A stretch of 64,000 nt of DNA. Origin: Mobula hypostoma (Eukaryota). The DNA lies in the NCBI RefSeq assembly GCF_963921235.1, contig NC_086108.1, forward strand, positions 82,772,001 through 82,836,000. Direction: 5' to 3'. A program made the position numbers and the translations under genes. Shown one piece after another: positions 60,621-64,000 of this stretch. Position 1 is the stretch's first letter, and every line of letters starts with the position of its first letter. The notes below the pieces were generated by a model. It saw nothing but the letters and a program-made list of their open reading frames with translations, was not told the DNA's origin and made no database searches.

Positions 60621-61302
60621 TCACTAAAACTGTATTTCTTACAATCTCGTGGTGAATATTTTAATGAATAATCACCATCATTAGTATAATAAACTTAGCA
60701 ACAAGGCAGCAATACAAATACTTCTGAAGACACCTCATTTCTGCTACCATATTTATCTCACACAATGTGTTCTCCTTAGAACCAGTTCCTAGCAGAATTC
60801 ATGACGTTTCCACTACTTGCATTTAATCTCTAGCTCTTTAGTCGTGTATTGTTATTTTGTGCAACTCAAGTATAATTTTCTAATTTCTATAGATAATTAA
60901 GTACTGATATTGTGCATTAAGTTCCACAAACTTACACCATCTTTTCATAAATTCTCAGTGCACAGTTAAGTCTTTCTATTTACCAGGTCACACAACTCAC
61001 ACTCAGATTCCATCTTTCAATATATTCATATGTAAGCATATTAATTTATTGTCCTGATCATGCTCAAATATGTCTACGTACACTACACGTCTATGATCCT
61101 GTATCTGAACAATATAATTAGAGATCTATCTGTCAGAGATTGCTGCAAAAAATTTTATTGCCTATTACGATAACAACTGTTTCACCTATTTAGCTACTCT
61201 GCAGAGCAGTAAATGCATTCCAATTACAATATTCAATCCTGTGGATTGGTAATCATACTTGATCAATGCAGAGTTTACGAGGGTGGAATTGCTCATGGGA
61301 AA

Positions 61303-61451
61303 GTGTGTGTGTGTGTGTGTGTGTGTGTATACACACAACAAAGAGAGTGAAGGAGAGTGGATGAGAGAGTGAGAGAGAGAGGTGAGGGGGAGAGTAAAAG
61401 AAAAATAGAGAAAGGGTGAGAGAGGGAAGGGGGAGGGGCAGAAAGAGAGAA
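61303..61451. repeat. (GT)13 microsatellite followed by a purine-rich tract
   Basis: Directly visible. Confidence 0.9.
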
Positions 61452-61639
61452 TATCAGATTTCTTCATGGCATTGTTGAAAATGTCAATGTTCTGTGATAA
61501 TGTCTTCCACACAACAATGACATATATCAACTGTCTAATCACTTTATATCCATGTCTCTGTACTTTCTATAAATAAAAACAATGGATAATGTAATATATT
61601 GTATCTGACTTTAATTCTGAGACTAGTTTGCAGAAAGGA

Positions 61640-62020
61640 CAACACAGTGTCAGTGCCAGTAGATCTGCTGTCTCAGCTCTAGTGACTTGGCATCAGTCTG
61701 GAGTCCTGGTGCTGTCTGTGTGGAATTTTCAATTTCTCCCTGTGACCACGTGCATTTCCTCTGCATTACCTCCCATGTTTCAAAGATGTACAGACTGACG
61801 GGTTATTTCAAAGATGTGCAGATTGACGGGTTATTTTGCCATGGTACATTTCCCCTAGTGTGTAGACAACTGATAGAATCTGGTGGGGGGGTGGGAGTTG
61901 ATGTGAAAGTGGGGAGAACTAAAAGGGATCAGTGTAGGATTGGTATGAAACAGGGTGCCGGCTGATTGATGGCAACTTGATAGGCCAAAGGATCTGTTTT
62001 TGTGCTGCATGATTCTACAG
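61640..62020 (+). mobile_element. V-domain-type SINE with an internal 28-bp duplication
   Basis: CTGTCTGTGTGGAATTTT ... CCTCCCATGTTTCAAAGATG. Duplication at 61778-61833. Confidence 0.55.
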
Positions 62021-63057
62021 CTCGAAGACTATAACCCTAAATGTGACAATCTCTCAGTGCTCTGCAGCAATATGGACAGTAAAAGTGTACTGCAAAATTA
62101 GTCGCCAATACAAAAATCTGTACTGAATTTTGGAGCAAAACCCGTTCAATACTTCATTGCTTTTGACTGCTGAATACTCTGTTGTTCCATTAAATATAAA
62201 CATTCGGAAGACAGATGTGCTATTTTCCGAACAACAAATTAAAATAAACTTTCATCATTCTTTCAGTATCACGTAAATTTGATTGTGTTTAGTGTTACTG
62301 ATGTTAATCTAGTTACTTTTCATGTATGTTTTCAAATTAAACATGTTCTTCTGCTTCCCTGTTTTTTTGTGGTCTCCGTGTATTATCCATATAATAATTT
62401 TGATACTCACACAACAGCTGAACCCTTTGGGACTCAATACTGAATTCAACACATTCAGATAATCATCCCTTCTCCTTTAAGCCAGAACTGACCTATCTTA
62501 ATTAAGTTCTTTGACTAATAACATTATCCTAGTTTTTCTTTTTCCACTGATTCTAGCTGATTTGTTCAATATTGCCATATTCACTCTTATGTCATTTTTC
62601 CAGCAAAGCTGATCAGAATATCATAGTTCTAACGCTGTTTTCCCTCCCCATTTCCTCACTAATCTTTCTCCATCAAATCTCCTCTGGAAAGGTATTCATT
62701 ACCTTCACTTAGCGAGCTCTTGTGTCATTTGGGGTACATAGAGTCTGACAGAGGTACAACATGGATACAAGCCCTTTGGCCCACTGAATCCACACTAACC
62801 ACCAACCGCCTACTCTAATCCTATATAGTCACTATAATGAAGCGATTATACGTTAATCCTCTTTTTTTATTCTCCAGCATTCTTATCAACTCCTCCCAGA
62901 TTCTGCCATTTGTGTACACACCAGCAAATATTTTGAATGACGAATTAACCTATGAAACTACACGACTTTGGTATGTGGGAAGAAACCTGAGTACCCAATG
63001 GAAACCCACATGGTCATAGAGAAGAGGTGCAAACTCCATGCAGACAGCTGATATTTT

Positions 63058-63465
63058 AAGACCATAAGACCATAGACAAAGGAGCAGAAGTCAGCCATTC
63101 GGCCCATCGAGTCTGCTCTGCCATTTTATCATGAGCTGATCCATTCTCCCATTTAGTCCCACTCCCCCCCCCCAGTTCTCACCATAACCTTTGATGCCCT
63201 GGCTACTCAGATACCTATCAATCTCTGCCTTAAATACACTCAATGACTTGGCCTCCACTGCCGCCCGTGGCAACGAATTCCATAGATTCACCACCCTCTG
63301 GCTAAAAAAATGTCTTCGCATTTCTGTTCTGAATGGGCGCCCGTCAATCCTTAAGTCATGCCCTCTCATACTAGACTCCCCCATCATGGGAAACAACTTT
63401 GCCACATCCACTCTGTCCATGCCTTTCAACATTCAAAATGTTTCCATAAGGTCTCCCCTCATTCT
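63058..63465 (-). mobile_element. CR1 LINE 3' fragment
   Basis: ORF 63091-63432 RGHDLRI...FFSQRVVNLWNSLP, (AGACCATA)n tail. Confidence 0.88.
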
Positions 63466-63749
63466 TTTGCTTATGAAACAGTTACTGAACCAGTCCAAAG
63501 GACTGCACTAGTAACTCAGACATACCAGTTTAAATCCCACAATGGCAGGCAAAAAAAAAACAATCATTAGCACTGATGACAGAAAAGTTACCAAGCTGTT
63601 GTAAAAACACGTTCGGTTCACTTACATCCTTTAGGCCTTAAGCTTAGGGGGAGGCCATCTGGCAACCTTCAGACAGTCAGGACTATCATCACCGACATAA
63701 GTTGCAAAATTTGTTGTTTACCATGACGAATAACAAGGTAACAGCTATG

Positions 63750-64000
63750 TGTTCATAAGATATAGGAGCAGAATTAGACTATTTGGTCCATAGAGTCTGC
63801 TCCACCATTTAATCATGGCTGATCTATTTTTCCTCTCAGCCCCAATCTCCTGCTTCTCCCCATATCTCTTCATGCCCTGACCAATCAAGAACCTATCAAC
63901 CTCTGCCTTAAATATACATAAAGACTTGACCTCCACAGCCCCCTGTGACAACGAATTCCACGGATTCACCACTCTCTGACTAAAGGCATTCCTCCTTATC
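63750..64000 (-). mobile_element. CR1 LINE 3' end running off the window edge
   Basis: VNPWNSLSQGAVE...FKAEVDRFL. Confidence 0.85.

Noticed and set aside
61778..61833. 28-bp direct duplication
   Set aside because: An ordinary local slippage inside a SINE.
1..64000. Recognisable host protein-coding gene, rRNA or prokaryotic system
   Set aside because: None found. Long ORFs map to TE proteins and the remaining short ORFs look like chance frames.

Overview
This is AT-rich, CpG-depleted vertebrate genomic DNA dominated by transposable elements. The repeat spectrum (CR1, Rex1/Babar, RTE and Penelope retroelements, V-domain and Deu-domain SINEs, Gypsy LTR elements, Tigger/pogo, hAT and Chapaev DNA transposons) suggests a cartilaginous fish, probably a ray; this is inference. 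I see no recognisable host protein-coding gene, so the window is probably a large intron or intergenic region. Almost every long ORF in the track is TE-derived or antisense to a TE. Main points: (1) Penelope-derived fold-back elements carry minimal hammerhead-ribozyme motifs and share a junction; (2) a young CR1 with an uninterrupted RT frame is inserted cleanly into a Tigger transposon with perfect TIRs and gains in-frame ATGs from the antisense transposase; (3) a Chapaev3-like transposon has TTA target duplications; (4) several multi-layer nested insertions give a relative chronology; (5) TE-free islands with clustered transcription-factor motifs are candidate conserved enhancers. TE boundaries without a stated TIR, TSD or tail are approximate. 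Family assignments come from motif recognition, not database searches.
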